From Lachnospiraceae bacterium (lineage in GTDB: Bacteria > Bacillota > Clostridia > Lachnospirales > Lachnospiraceae), in contig VSOC01000002.1 of NCBI GenBank assembly GCA_009774615.1, positions 24,003-88,002 of the forward strand: a stretch of 64,000 nucleotides of DNA, read 5' to 3'. The position numbers and the translations under genes are program-made. Shown piece after piece: positions 20,630 to 29,471 of this stretch. Below the pieces are notes generated by a model. That model did no database searches and was not told where the DNA came from. It worked only from the letters and a program-made list of their open reading frames with translations. Each line of letters begins with the position of its first letter. Position 1 is the first letter of the stretch.

Positions 20630-20788
20630 AGATAAAAGCGCAGAAGGAAGCTGATGCGTGTTCGGGGAAAATCGATGGATGTTCAAAGAAATTGATGAAT
20701 GTTTCCAGAAAAACGTGAATGTTCAAAGAAATTGATGAATATTCAGAGGAAGATCTGGACAAAAGCTGTGATGATAGGAGAAGAAAAG

Positions 20789-21892
20789 ATGAGTAAAGTG
20801 GATACAATAACAAGAGAAAGCTGGATTATGAGTACCTTTCCGGAGTGGGGAACCTGGCTGGTAGAAGATATTGAAAACGAAAAGGTTTTACCGGGCAATG
20901 TGGCAATGTGGTGGCTGGGGTGCACCGGCATATGGTTTAAGACGCCGGAAGATGCAAATATTACCATTGATTTATGGTGCGGAAACGGAAAGCGCACCCA
21001 TGGCGACGGGAAAATGAAGCCGGGGCATCAGATGGCAAATATGTGCGGCGGTCGGGCAATGCAGCCGAATTTAAGGAATGTGCCGTTTGTTATCGACCCC
21101 TTTGCCTTTAAGCAGGTGGATGCTGTGCTGGCTACCCATTATCATCAGGATCATATGTCGGCGGAGTGGGCAGCCCATGTTCTGCAGAGCGGCATGACCA
21201 CGACGGACGAGGAGGGAATGGAAGTTCCGGTTCCCTTTATCGGACCGCAGAAATCGGTAGATACCTGGGTTGGATGGGGCGTTCCCAGGGAGCGCTGCCG
21301 GGTGGTGCATCCGGGGGATGTGATAAAGATTAAGGATATGGAAATCGTTTGTTTGGATTCCTTTGACCGCACCTGCATTGTAACCACGGATAAGACCGGA
21401 GAGGATCGCGAGGATCTGACTGGGATCTGCCCGACGGATATGGATGAAAAGGCAGTGAATTATCTGGTGAAAACACCGGGCGGAAATATTTATCATTCCG
21501 GGGATTCGCATTTTTCCATTTACTTTGCAAAGCACGGCAAGGATCATGCGGTTGATGTAGCTTTTGGTTCCTTTGGGGAAAATCCTGTTGGAATGCAGGA
21601 CAAGATGACCTCGATTGATATTCTGCGCATGGCAGAGAACCTGCGCTGCAAGGTTGTTGTCCCGATTCACTGGGATGTGTGGACGAATTTCCAGGCGGAC
21701 TGTGAGGAAATCCGGCTGCTGTACGACTTTAAAAAGGACAGGAACGAATACCGATTCCATCCGTTCTTCTGGCAGGTAGGCGGAAAGTATGTTTATCCGC
21801 AGGATAAGGACAAGATGTATTACCATCACCGCCGTGGATTTGAGGATTGCTTTGCGGCAGCACAGAATATTCCTTTCCGTTCCTGCTTATAG
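20789..21892 (+). CDS. ulaG: L-ascorbate-6-phosphate lactonase (metallo-beta-lactamase fold)
   Basis: [55 protein letters not shown]. Confidence 0.92.
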   Translation: MSKVDTITRESWIMSTFPEWGTWLVEDIENEKVLPGNVAMWWLGCTGIWFKTPEDANITIDLWCGNGKRTHGDGKMKPGHQMANMCGGRAMQPNLRNVPFVIDPFAFKQVDAVLATHYHQDHMSAEWAAHVLQSGMTTTDEEGMEVPVPFIGPQKSVDTWVGWGVPRERCRVVHPGDVIKIKDMEIVCLDSFDRTCIVTTDKTGEDREDLTGICPTDMDEKAVNYLVKTPGGNIYHSGDSHFSIYFAKHGKDHAVDVAFGSFGENPVGMQDKMTSIDILRMAENLRCKVVVPIHWDVWTNFQADCEEIRLLYDFKKDRNEYRFHPFFWQVGGKYVYPQDKDKMYYHHRRGFEDCFAAAQNIPFRSCL

Positions 21893-21960
21893 GTGAACCG
21901 TCAGGGCATGAAGGACAGTTCTGTACCCGATTAGGGGAGCATAAAATTTGGTAAAAGAAT

Positions 21961-22007
21961 AAACTCTGACCCCGCAGGTTAGGATTTGCGGGGTCAGAGT
22001 TTTTTTC
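21961..22007 (+). terminator. Rho-independent terminator ending the sugar operon
   Basis: AAACTCTGACCCCGCA...TGCGGGGTCAGAGTTTTTTT. Confidence 0.9.
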
Positions 22008-22099
22008 TGGAAAGAAAATCAGAAAGTGGCTTGAAAAAGGTCTGTGTTCGAGTTATACTAAAAACGGATTTCGACAGTTTTTGACAAGGAGGGTGGAGT

Positions 22100-23302
22100 A
22101 TGATAGGATCGTGGAGAGTTAAGGTGCTCAGTGGGGTATCTGTCCTTGCCATTGCAGGTATGAGTGCTGCTGTTTCCGGCGCAGAACAAAATAAAACCCA
22201 GCAGACGGCAGTGCAGGGAGAAACCCTGACGGAAATGACAAGTACGGGTGCAGCCGAAGAAATTCAGCTATCGAATAAAGACGATACAGCCGGGGAAAGT
22301 GCTTCTCTGGATAATATAGCTATTGCAAGCGAAACTAAGGAAGATAAAACCGGGGGTATTTCTCAGGAAAGCAGTACGGCAGAGGGTGCTTCTCAGGAAA
22401 GCAGTACGGCAGAGGGTGCTTCTCAGGAAAGCAGTACGACAGAGGGTGCCCAGGAAAACGGTACAGCAGAAGGTGCTTCCCAGGAGGATAAAAAAAATTC
22501 GGAAAAAGCCCGGGGGAAGAAACTGGCTGCTGTGATTACGGAAGAAGATATTGATGCATACTTTGATCAGACGGTGTTTACCGGTGATTCGGTTATGGTT
22601 GGTTTCCGCAATTATGCCATGCACAGGGCAAACACTTATCTGGGGCGGATTCAGTTTCTGGCATCGGGAAGTTTTTCCGTTCATAACGCACTCTGGCCAG
22701 TGACCAACCCCAAAAGTGTTCATCCGCTCTATCAGGGAAAAAAGATGCCTGTGTGGGAATCCGTCGGCATAATTAAGCCTAAAAGGATATTTTTGTTTTT
22801 CGGTCTGAATGATATGAATATGGGGCCGATAGAGAGCACCTGCGCATGCTACAGTCAGGTTATTGAAAATATTAAGGCGGCCAGCCCGGATACGGAAATC
22901 CATATCATCAGCATGACCTACACCGTGCGGGGCAAGGGAAAAGGAAACCTGACCAACACCAATATTCGTGTATTTAATGAGCTGTTAAAGCAGATGGCAC
23001 GGGAATCCGGATGGGGATTTGTGGATCTGGCACCTGCCCTGGCAGATGCCAACGGGGATCTTGTGCCGGCATACTGCAGCGATAATTATGTGCACCAGAC
23101 AAATGCAGCCTATGATGTGTGGTCGGTTGTTCTGCGCGATTATGCCCGTTCGCAGCTTGACGGCTCCTCGGAGTTTTTTGTCGGGGAGAAAGAGCCGGAA
23201 TATGTGGAGGCAGCAGGCTTTGGCGAAAACTGGCCGGATACCGAGAAAGAAACCGAGCCTTCCGAGAGAAAGGAAATTTTTGGAACTTCGATAAATCCAT
23301 AG
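22100..23302 (+). CDS. Secreted SGNH/GDSL-family esterase/acyltransferase
   Basis: Signal-like N-terminus, low-complexity linker, GDS, FGLND and DNYVH catalytic blocks. Confidence 0.85.
   Translation: MIGSWRVKVLSGVSVLAIAGMSAAVSGAEQNKTQQTAVQGETLTEMTSTGAAEEIQLSNKDDTAGESASLDNIAIASETKEDKTGGISQESSTAEGASQESSTAEGASQESSTTEGAQENGTAEGASQEDKKNSEKARGKKLAAVITEEDIDAYFDQTVFTGDSVMVGFRNYAMHRANTYLGRIQFLASGSFSVHNALWPVTNPKSVHPLYQGKKMPVWESVGIIKPKRIFLFFGLNDMNMGPIESTCACYSQVIENIKAASPDTEIHIISMTYTVRGKGKGNLTNTNIRVFNELLKQMARESGWGFVDLAPALADANGDLVPAYCSDNYVHQTNAAYDVWSVVLRDYARSQLDGSSEFFVGEKEPEYVEAAGFGENWPDTEKETEPSERKEIFGTSINP
22361..22488 (+). repeat. In-frame 30-bp tandem repeat (SQESSTAEGA, about 4 copies)
   Basis: TCTCAGGAAAGCAGTACGGCAGAGGGTGCT at 22361, 22391 and 22421, plus one degenerate copy. 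Confidence 0.9.
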
Positions 23303-23357
23303 GGGACAGAAGGAATTTTTGCTGACTGAAAATTTAAGATGAAAAGGAGAATTTAAG

Positions 23358-24164
23358 ATGAAAAAATTAAAATATATTCAAAAAGGCGCCTGCATTGGCG
23401 CTGCTGTTTTGATGTTGGGTGCCTGCGGGCAGAGTGATAAGCCGGATGCCGTATCTACAGAAGCCGTTGTGGAAACAACCGCAGAAGGGGATCTTTCACA
23501 GGGAACGGAAACATCCGCAGAAGAAGAAACGACCACAGAAGCTTTGGAAACGGAAGATTCTAAGGAAGATGCCCCGGAAAAGGAAACCTTGGAAGAAGAA
23601 AATTCGGAAACGGAAGATGCGAAAGAAGATGCTTCCAAAGAGGAAAATGCAGAAGATAAAGAGGGAGATTCCAGCGAAAATAAGGATAACAAGGAGGATG
23701 AATCGGCAGACGCATCTGAGGAATCCGGGGAAGAAACCGCAAAAGCCGAAGAAACACCGGTGCCTGTCCAGGGAAATGCAAAGAGTGTGCAGGATATTTA
23801 TACGGAAATTACCCAGGCAGTTTCGTTAAACTCCCCCATGCTTGTTCCCAATGATTTTATTATGAATTATTATGGGATTGATGTAAGTACATTGGACGAA
23901 TATGTATTTTCCATGTCCGAAGCAGCGATTTCTGCGGAAACCGTGGTGATTTTAAAGGCAAAGGATGCCGCAGCTACCGAGGCATTGCGTGCTTCTCTGC
24001 AGACGGTGATTGATCAGAAGCGTTCCGAGATGGAAAATTATCTTCCGGATCAGTTCCAGATTGTTGACCGAAGCTCGGTGCAGGTGAAAGGGAACTATGT
24101 GTATCTGGTTATCTCTGAGCAGGCAGATACCATCAGCCAGATTATCCAGGCGGATCTTCCGTAG
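23358..24164 (+). CDS. DUF4358-type lipoprotein
   Basis: Lipobox LGAC, long acidic linker, C-terminal domain (NYYGID...ENYLPDQ...GNYVYLVIS). Usual neighbour of MBOAT-DHHW genes. Confidence 0.75.
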   Translation: MKKLKYIQKGACIGAAVLMLGACGQSDKPDAVSTEAVVETTAEGDLSQGTETSAEEETTTEALETEDSKEDAPEKETLEEENSETEDAKEDASKEENAEDKEGDSSENKDNKEDESADASEESGEETAKAEETPVPVQGNAKSVQDIYTEITQAVSLNSPMLVPNDFIMNYYGIDVSTLDEYVFSMSEAAISAETVVILKAKDAAATEALRASLQTVIDQKRSEMENYLPDQFQIVDRSSVQVKGNYVYLVISEQADTISQIIQADLP

Positions 24165-24178
24165 GATGGGGGAAAACG

Positions 24179-25735
24179 ATGGTCTTTAGCAGTATTCCCT
24201 TTGTATTTTTCTTTTTGCCTTTGTGTCTTATTTTATATTACGGCACATCATTTTTGCCATGTCCGGGAAGGCGTTTGGATGTCCAGACACCTTCTGAACG
24301 TGGCAAATTTCCTGTACAGGAGCAAGCTGCCCGGGGCCGATCCCGGCGTTCGCCTGCTTATGGAAGAAGCTGTTTTCACGGTGAAGGGGCGATTGCCCTG
24401 AAAAACGCAATTCTTCTGGTGTTCAGCCTTGTGTTTTATGCCTGGGGAGAGCCGGTCTATATTTTGCTGATGCTTTTTGCATCGGCAGTGGACTATGTGA
24501 ACGGGCTTTTGATGAACCGCTTTGGAAGCACGAAGGGACTTCGCCGGTGCTTTCTGTTCTGTTCGGTGCTGATCAATCTTTCCGTGCTGGCATTTTTTAA
24601 GTATGCGGATTTTGCCGTGCGCACAGTGAACGGGCTTTTGGGAACATCGTTTCCTATGCTGAATATCGGGCTTCCCATCGGTATCAGTTTTTTTACCTTC
24701 CAGACCATGAGCTATATTATTGATCTTTATAAAAGGCAAGTTCCGGTGGAGAAGAATTACTTCACCTATCTGACCTATGTATCGATGTTCCCGCAGCTGG
24801 TTGCAGGACCGATTGTCCGTTTTTCCACAGTCAATAAGGAGCTTCACCGCCGCAGCATTGGCATGGAGGGTTTTCGGGAAGGTCTGCTCCGCTTTATGCA
24901 GGGCTTGTTTAAAAAAGTATTGCTTGCAAACCAGGTGGGGGCGCTCTGGGAGGAAATCCGTATTCTGGAGGCAGGGCAGGCTTCGGTGGTCGTGTGCTGG
25001 CTTGGGGCGGCGGCATTTACCCTGCAGCTCTATTTTGATTTCAGCGCCTACAGCGATATGGCGATTGGTATGGGATGGATGCTGGGTTTCCATTTCCCGG
25101 AAAACTTTAATTATCCATTGAGTGCCGTGTCAATTACGGATTTCTGGAGGCGCTGGCATATTTCTCTGTCCACCTGGTTTCGGGATTATATCTACATTCC
25201 TCTGGGCGGCAACCGAAAGGGAATTCTTTGCCATCTGCGGAATATGATGATTGTCTGGTTTTTAACCGGGCTGTGGCACGGGGCAGCATGGAATTTTGTG
25301 CTGTGGGGGCTGTACTATGGAGTACTTCTGGTATTGGAAAAATACCTCTGGGGAAAAGCCCTGGAAAAGCTTCCGGGAATTTTCCGCCATGCCTACACCC
25401 TTCTGATTGTTGTGGTTGGATTTGTTATCTTTGTGTTTGATGATACGGCACAGCTTGTTTCTTATGCCAGGGCAATGACGGGAGGGTTAAACAATCCTCT
25501 CTGGGGAACGGAATGTCTTTGGTATCTGTACAATTACGGGGCTGTGCTGTTCTCTGCGGTAATCCTTGCCTTTCCCGTGTATCCGTGGCTGAAAAAGCGG
25601 TGGGAAGGCGCAGGCAAAAAAGGAAGGCTTCTGGTGTCGATTGCCGGGCTGTTTGGCTATCTGGGGCTGTTTCTTTTAACAACGGCATACCTGGTGAATG
25701 ATACCTATAACCCGTTTTTATATTTCCGCTTTTAA
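24179..25735 (+). CDS. MBOAT O-acyltransferase (AlgI/DltB-like)
   Basis: LPIGISFFTFQ, FPQLVAGPIVR, YFDFSAYSDMAIG, FWRRWHISL, GLWHGA (catalytic His), PFLYFRF. Confidence 0.95.
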   Translation: MVFSSIPFVFFFLPLCLILYYGTSFLPCPGRRLDVQTPSERGKFPVQEQAARGRSRRSPAYGRSCFHGEGAIALKNAILLVFSLVFYAWGEPVYILLMLFASAVDYVNGLLMNRFGSTKGLRRCFLFCSVLINLSVLAFFKYADFAVRTVNGLLGTSFPMLNIGLPIGISFFTFQTMSYIIDLYKRQVPVEKNYFTYLTYVSMFPQLVAGPIVRFSTVNKELHRRSIGMEGFREGLLRFMQGLFKKVLLANQVGALWEEIRILEAGQASVVVCWLGAAAFTLQLYFDFSAYSDMAIGMGWMLGFHFPENFNYPLSAVSITDFWRRWHISLSTWFRDYIYIPLGGNRKGILCHLRNMMIVWFLTGLWHGAAWNFVLWGLYYGVLLVLEKYLWGKALEKLPGIFRHAYTLLIVVVGFVIFVFDDTAQLVSYARAMTGGLNNPLWGTECLWYLYNYGAVLFSAVILAFPVYPWLKKRWEGAGKKGRLLVSIAGLFGYLGLFLLTTAYLVNDTYNPFLYFRF

Positions 25736-25749
25736 ACAATATTTATTGA

Positions 25750-26898
25750 ATGAGGGACGATGAATTTATGAAGGCAGCAACCATACGCACAAAAACGGCA
25801 GCATTGCTGACGATGGGTGTACTGGCACTTTCTACAGGATTTTTGCTTTTGGATAAACAGGAGTTTTCTGAACATGAAAACCGATATCTGGAAAAATTTC
25901 CTGAAATAAGCTGGGAGAGGATAGAGAGCGGGGAATATATGAAAGACTTAAATTCCTACCTCTGCGATCATTTCCCGCTCAGGGACTTCTTTATCGGGAT
26001 GAAGTCGAAGGCAGAAATCGCTGTGGGGAAGCGGGAGATTAACCAGGTTTTTATTGCCGGGGACGGTTATTTGATTGAAAACTATAAGAAGCCGGAGAAT
26101 ACAGAGCAGATTGCCGGGATTTTTAAGGCATTTGGGGAAAAAGAAGACGTTTCCCAGGCAGAAATCCGGCTGATGCTTGTTCCCACGGCAAGCTATATTT
26201 ATCGGGAGAAGCTTCCGGCTTTTGCCCGGATGGAAAGCCAGATGGAAACGGCAAGGCAGATTTATAAGGAATCCGGGCTGCCCTTTATCGACTGCAGCGA
26301 GGAACTTGCTGCCCATAAGGAGGAACAGCCGCTTTATTACCGAACAGACCATCACTGGACGACCTACGGTGCCTACATCGGTTATCTGGCTTACTGCCGG
26401 GAGATGGGACTGGAGCCGGTAAAGCTTGAGGAACTGGAAGCAGAAACGGTTACGGAGGATTTTAAGGGGACGATTTATTCTAAGGTCAACGACTACACCC
26501 GCCCGGGAGAGCCGATAACGATTTATAAAAACCCTGCGGATCAGCTGACGGTTTACTATGAAGACACAAAGGAAACGACCGACAGCCTGTATAACCTTGA
26601 TTATACCAGGCAGAAGGATAAATATTCCCTGTTTTTAAATAATCTCCACCCTTTGATTGAAATAACCAACGAAACGGCATCCACGGACAGGGAATTAGTG
26701 GTTGTCAAAGACAGCTATGCAAACTCGATGGTGCCCTTTCTGACCCGTCATTTTAAGAAAATTTATGTATTTGATACCCGCTATTATAAATGGGGACCTT
26801 CCGGCTTTGTCCGGGAACATCCCGGGGTAACGGATATTTTAATTCTTTACAATATGAATACATTGGATACCGATTTGGGCGTGCGGGGGATTTTCTGA
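25750..26898 (+). CDS. DHHW-family (AlgX/AlgJ-like) acetyltransferase
   Basis: ENRYL, DHFPLR, YYRTDHHWT, KDSYAN, N-terminal membrane anchor. Confidence 0.88.
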   Translation: MRDDEFMKAATIRTKTAALLTMGVLALSTGFLLLDKQEFSEHENRYLEKFPEISWERIESGEYMKDLNSYLCDHFPLRDFFIGMKSKAEIAVGKREINQVFIAGDGYLIENYKKPENTEQIAGIFKAFGEKEDVSQAEIRLMLVPTASYIYREKLPAFARMESQMETARQIYKESGLPFIDCSEELAAHKEEQPLYYRTDHHWTTYGAYIGYLAYCREMGLEPVKLEELEAETVTEDFKGTIYSKVNDYTRPGEPITIYKNPADQLTVYYEDTKETTDSLYNLDYTRQKDKYSLFLNNLHPLIEITNETASTDRELVVVKDSYANSMVPFLTRHFKKIYVFDTRYYKWGPSGFVREHPGVTDILILYNMNTLDTDLGVRGIF

Positions 26899-26959
26899 TT
26901 GATTGGGAAAATCCCCTGATTTTATGGAGAATCGGAGAAGTTCTGAAAAAACAATACAT

Positions 26960-27000
26960 AAAAAATCCCTAAGTTTGTTTATAAAACCTAGGGATTTTTT
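26960..27000. terminator. Bidirectional terminator between the DHHW gene and tRNA-Trp
   Basis: AAAAAATCCCTAAGTTT...AAACCTAGGGATTTTTT. Confidence 0.75.
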
Positions 27001-27034
27001 CACACACACATCCACATCCTTATAAAAAAGGAAA

Positions 27035-27105
27035 CAGGGGAAGAGGGGCTCGAACCCCCATCTACGGTTTTGGAGACCGCTGCTCTACCATTGAACTATT
27101 CCCCT
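27035..27105 (-). tRNA. tRNA-Trp (CCA anticodon); 3' CCA not encoded
   Basis: Reverse complement AGGGGAATAGTTCAATGGTAGAGCAGCGGTCTCCAAAACCGTAGATGGGGGTTCGAGCCCCTCTTCCCCTG folds as a cloverleaf. TTGACA-N17-TATTAT promoter upstream. Confidence 0.95.
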
Positions 27106-27402
27106 GTAGCGTTTTTTCAACGCCTGATTATAATACCACAGAACGAAAGGGCTGTCAATCCTTTTTGATAAAAAACCCTGCATCTGGCAAAGTAAAAAAA
27201 AACGGGAAATTTGTCTGATTTTTGGAGAAAATAGACAAAGAAGATCGGGGGATTATCCTTTTTTACTAAGAAAGTTTTGTGAATATAGTCAAAAAGATGG
27301 ACAGAAAAAACTTGAAAGAAATCTCCGGTTTTGTTATAATCGTAGGAAATGGTTTTTATATTTCTATTCTTTTATTTTTAATTCTTTTAAGGGGGCTTTT
27401 AT

Positions 27403-28644
27403 ATGGCTAAGAAGGGTAATATTATTGTAGGTCAGTCTGGAGGGCCGACATCGGTGATTAATTCCAGTTTGGCAGGTGTTTATAAGACGGCAAAGGAGAG
27501 AGGATTTCATAAGGTTTACGGTATGCTTCATGGAATTCAGGGATTTTTAGATGAGCAGTATGTGGACCTTTCCACGCAGATTCATTCGGATATGGATATT
27601 GAGCTCTTAAAGAGAACCCCTTCTGCATTTTTAGGCTCCTGCCGCTACAAACTGCCGGAGATTCACGAGAATCCGGAGATTTACGAGAAGATTTTCTCGA
27701 TTTTGGATAAGCTGAATATTGAAGTGTTTATTTATATCGGCGGCAATGATTCCATGGATACGATTAAGAAGCTTTCGGACTATGCGATCGTCCGCGGGCA
27801 CCGCCAGAAGTTTTTGGGCGTTCCCAAGACGATTGATAACGATCTTGCGCTTACTGACCATACGCCGGGCTTTGGAAGTGCGGCAAAGTACATTGCTACT
27901 TCGACGAAGGAACTTATCCGCGATGCCCTGGGCCTGACCTATAATAAGGACATGGTTACTGTGGTTGAGGTAATGGGACGCAATGCCGGATGGCTGACCG
28001 GTGCGACCGCCCTGGCAAAGACCGAAGAATGCGACGGCCCGGATTTGATTTATCTGCCGGAGGTTGCTTTTGATGTCGATAAGTTCTTAAAGAAGGTACA
28101 GGACTTATTAAAGAAGAAAAAATCGGTGGTTGTCGCTGTTTCGGAAGGCATTAAGCTGGAGGACGGGCGCTATGTGTGCGAACTTTCCGGTGGCCCGGAT
28201 TATGTGGATGCCTTCGGGCACAAGCAGCTTCAGGGTACGGCGGCTTATCTTGCCGGACTTATCCAGAATGAAGTGGGCTGCAAGACCAGAAGCATTGAGT
28301 TTTCCACCCTGCAGAGAAGTGCTTCCCACATGGCTTCCCGTGTTGATATTAATGAAGCCTTTATGGTAGGCGGTGCCGCAGTAAAGGCAGCGGACGAGGG
28401 CGACACCGGCAAGATGGTGGTTATCGACCGTGTAGCTGATGATCCGTATATGAGCGCAGCAGGAATTTACGATGTGCATAAGATTGCCAATAATGAGAAG
28501 CTGGTTCCGAGATCCTGGCTGAATAAAGAGGGCAATTATGTTACCGATGAATTTTTAAACTATATCGAACCTCTGATTCAGGGCGATTATCAGCCATTTA
28601 TGGTTAATGGTCTTCCGCAGCATCTTGTTTTGAAAAATAAATAA
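27403..28644 (+). CDS. pfk: 6-phosphofructokinase, probably PPi-dependent
   Basis: GQSGGP, GGNDS (Asp at the phosphoryl-donor-determining position), PKTIDND, EVMGRNAG. Confidence 0.9.
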   Translation: MAKKGNIIVGQSGGPTSVINSSLAGVYKTAKERGFHKVYGMLHGIQGFLDEQYVDLSTQIHSDMDIELLKRTPSAFLGSCRYKLPEIHENPEIYEKIFSILDKLNIEVFIYIGGNDSMDTIKKLSDYAIVRGHRQKFLGVPKTIDNDLALTDHTPGFGSAAKYIATSTKELIRDALGLTYNKDMVTVVEVMGRNAGWLTGATALAKTEECDGPDLIYLPEVAFDVDKFLKKVQDLLKKKKSVVVAVSEGIKLEDGRYVCELSGGPDYVDAFGHKQLQGTAAYLAGLIQNEVGCKTRSIEFSTLQRSASHMASRVDINEAFMVGGAAVKAADEGDTGKMVVIDRVADDPYMSAAGIYDVHKIANNEKLVPRSWLNKEGNYVTDEFLNYIEPLIQGDYQPFMVNGLPQHLVLKNK

Positions 28645-28689
28645 AATTTATTTGTTTTGACTGTAGGAAATCGGATACAGTGTGCGAGG

Positions 28690-28736
28690 AAAAGGTAAAA
28701 TGATGGAGAAAATCTCTGTTATTTTACCTTTTTTTT
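28690..28736 (+). terminator. Rho-independent terminator
   Basis: AAAAGGTAAAATGATGGAGA-AAA-TCTCTGTTATTTTACCTTTTTTTT. Confidence 0.8.
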
Positions 28737-28912
28737 CCGGTTTTTTAAAATCTGACGAATGTACAGGGAAAGATGTAAAGAAAAAGAACAAAAATGGTAA
28801 GAAAAATTTCAAAAAATTTCCAGTTGATAAATTGACATTTCAGGGAAAAAGTGCTATAACTAGGTCAACACACAAAATAAACCACATTTTACAAGAAAAG
28901 GAGAGAATTACC

Positions 28913-29143
28913 ATGAAACAGAAAAAAATTAGGCTGACAACCATTAATGATGCGATGGAGTTCGTAAAGCGGGCTTCCCGGTGTGATTTTGACATTGATG
29001 TATTTTATAACCGTGTAGTTATCGATGCCAAGTCCCTGTTAGGTGTGCTGAGCCTGGATTTAACGAGGGTGCTTACCGTATCGATGAACGGCAGAGATGC
29101 AGAGTTTGAGAGTTACCTGGACGAGTTGAAAATTGCTGCTTAG
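28913..29143 (+). CDS. HPr-family protein lacking the His15 equivalent
   Basis: 76 aa after AAGGAG. IDAKSLLGVLSL Ser46 signature. TTGACA/TATAAC promoter at about 28832-28860. Confidence 0.85.
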   Translation: MKQKKIRLTTINDAMEFVKRASRCDFDIDVFYNRVVIDAKSLLGVLSLDLTRVLTVSMNGRDAEFESYLDELKIAA

Positions 29144-29266
29144 CAGAGTGCAGGCGTGCAGCAGAATAAGATGATGATGAGAAAATACCTTTTGATTTGG
29201 AATTGGAGAATCGAAAGGTATTTTTTTTGGATATTTTGGGTCAGATGCTTTTTAGGGATACGGATT

Positions 29267-29398
29267 GTTACTGTTCACACGTTCACAGCAACAGGCAAAA
29301 ATCCATGAAAATCGCCTTCGTCGATGGGATTTTTGCTCACTGGCCCAGTTTAACCTACGGTCAGCGCAGCAAGTGCGCAGACCTATGTAAACAGTAAC
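29267..29398. mobile_element. 132-bp non-autonomous MITE-like element with 13-bp TIRs and a perfect 8-bp target duplication
   Basis: Ends GTTACTGTTCACA and TGTAAACAGTAAC. TACGGATT on both sides (29259-66 and 29399-406). Internal hairpin GCAAAAATCC...GGATTTTTGC. Confidence 0.8.
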
Positions 29399-29471
29399 TA
29401 CGGATTGCATTATTGTACAGGAAATGGTATAGTGGGGGAAGGATAAGAACATATGGTCTGGGGGTGAAGCT

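Noticed and set aside
22100..27105. Genomic island integrated at tRNA-Trp
   Set aside because: No integrase, no second copy of the tRNA 3' end found by eye, and no obvious compositional break.
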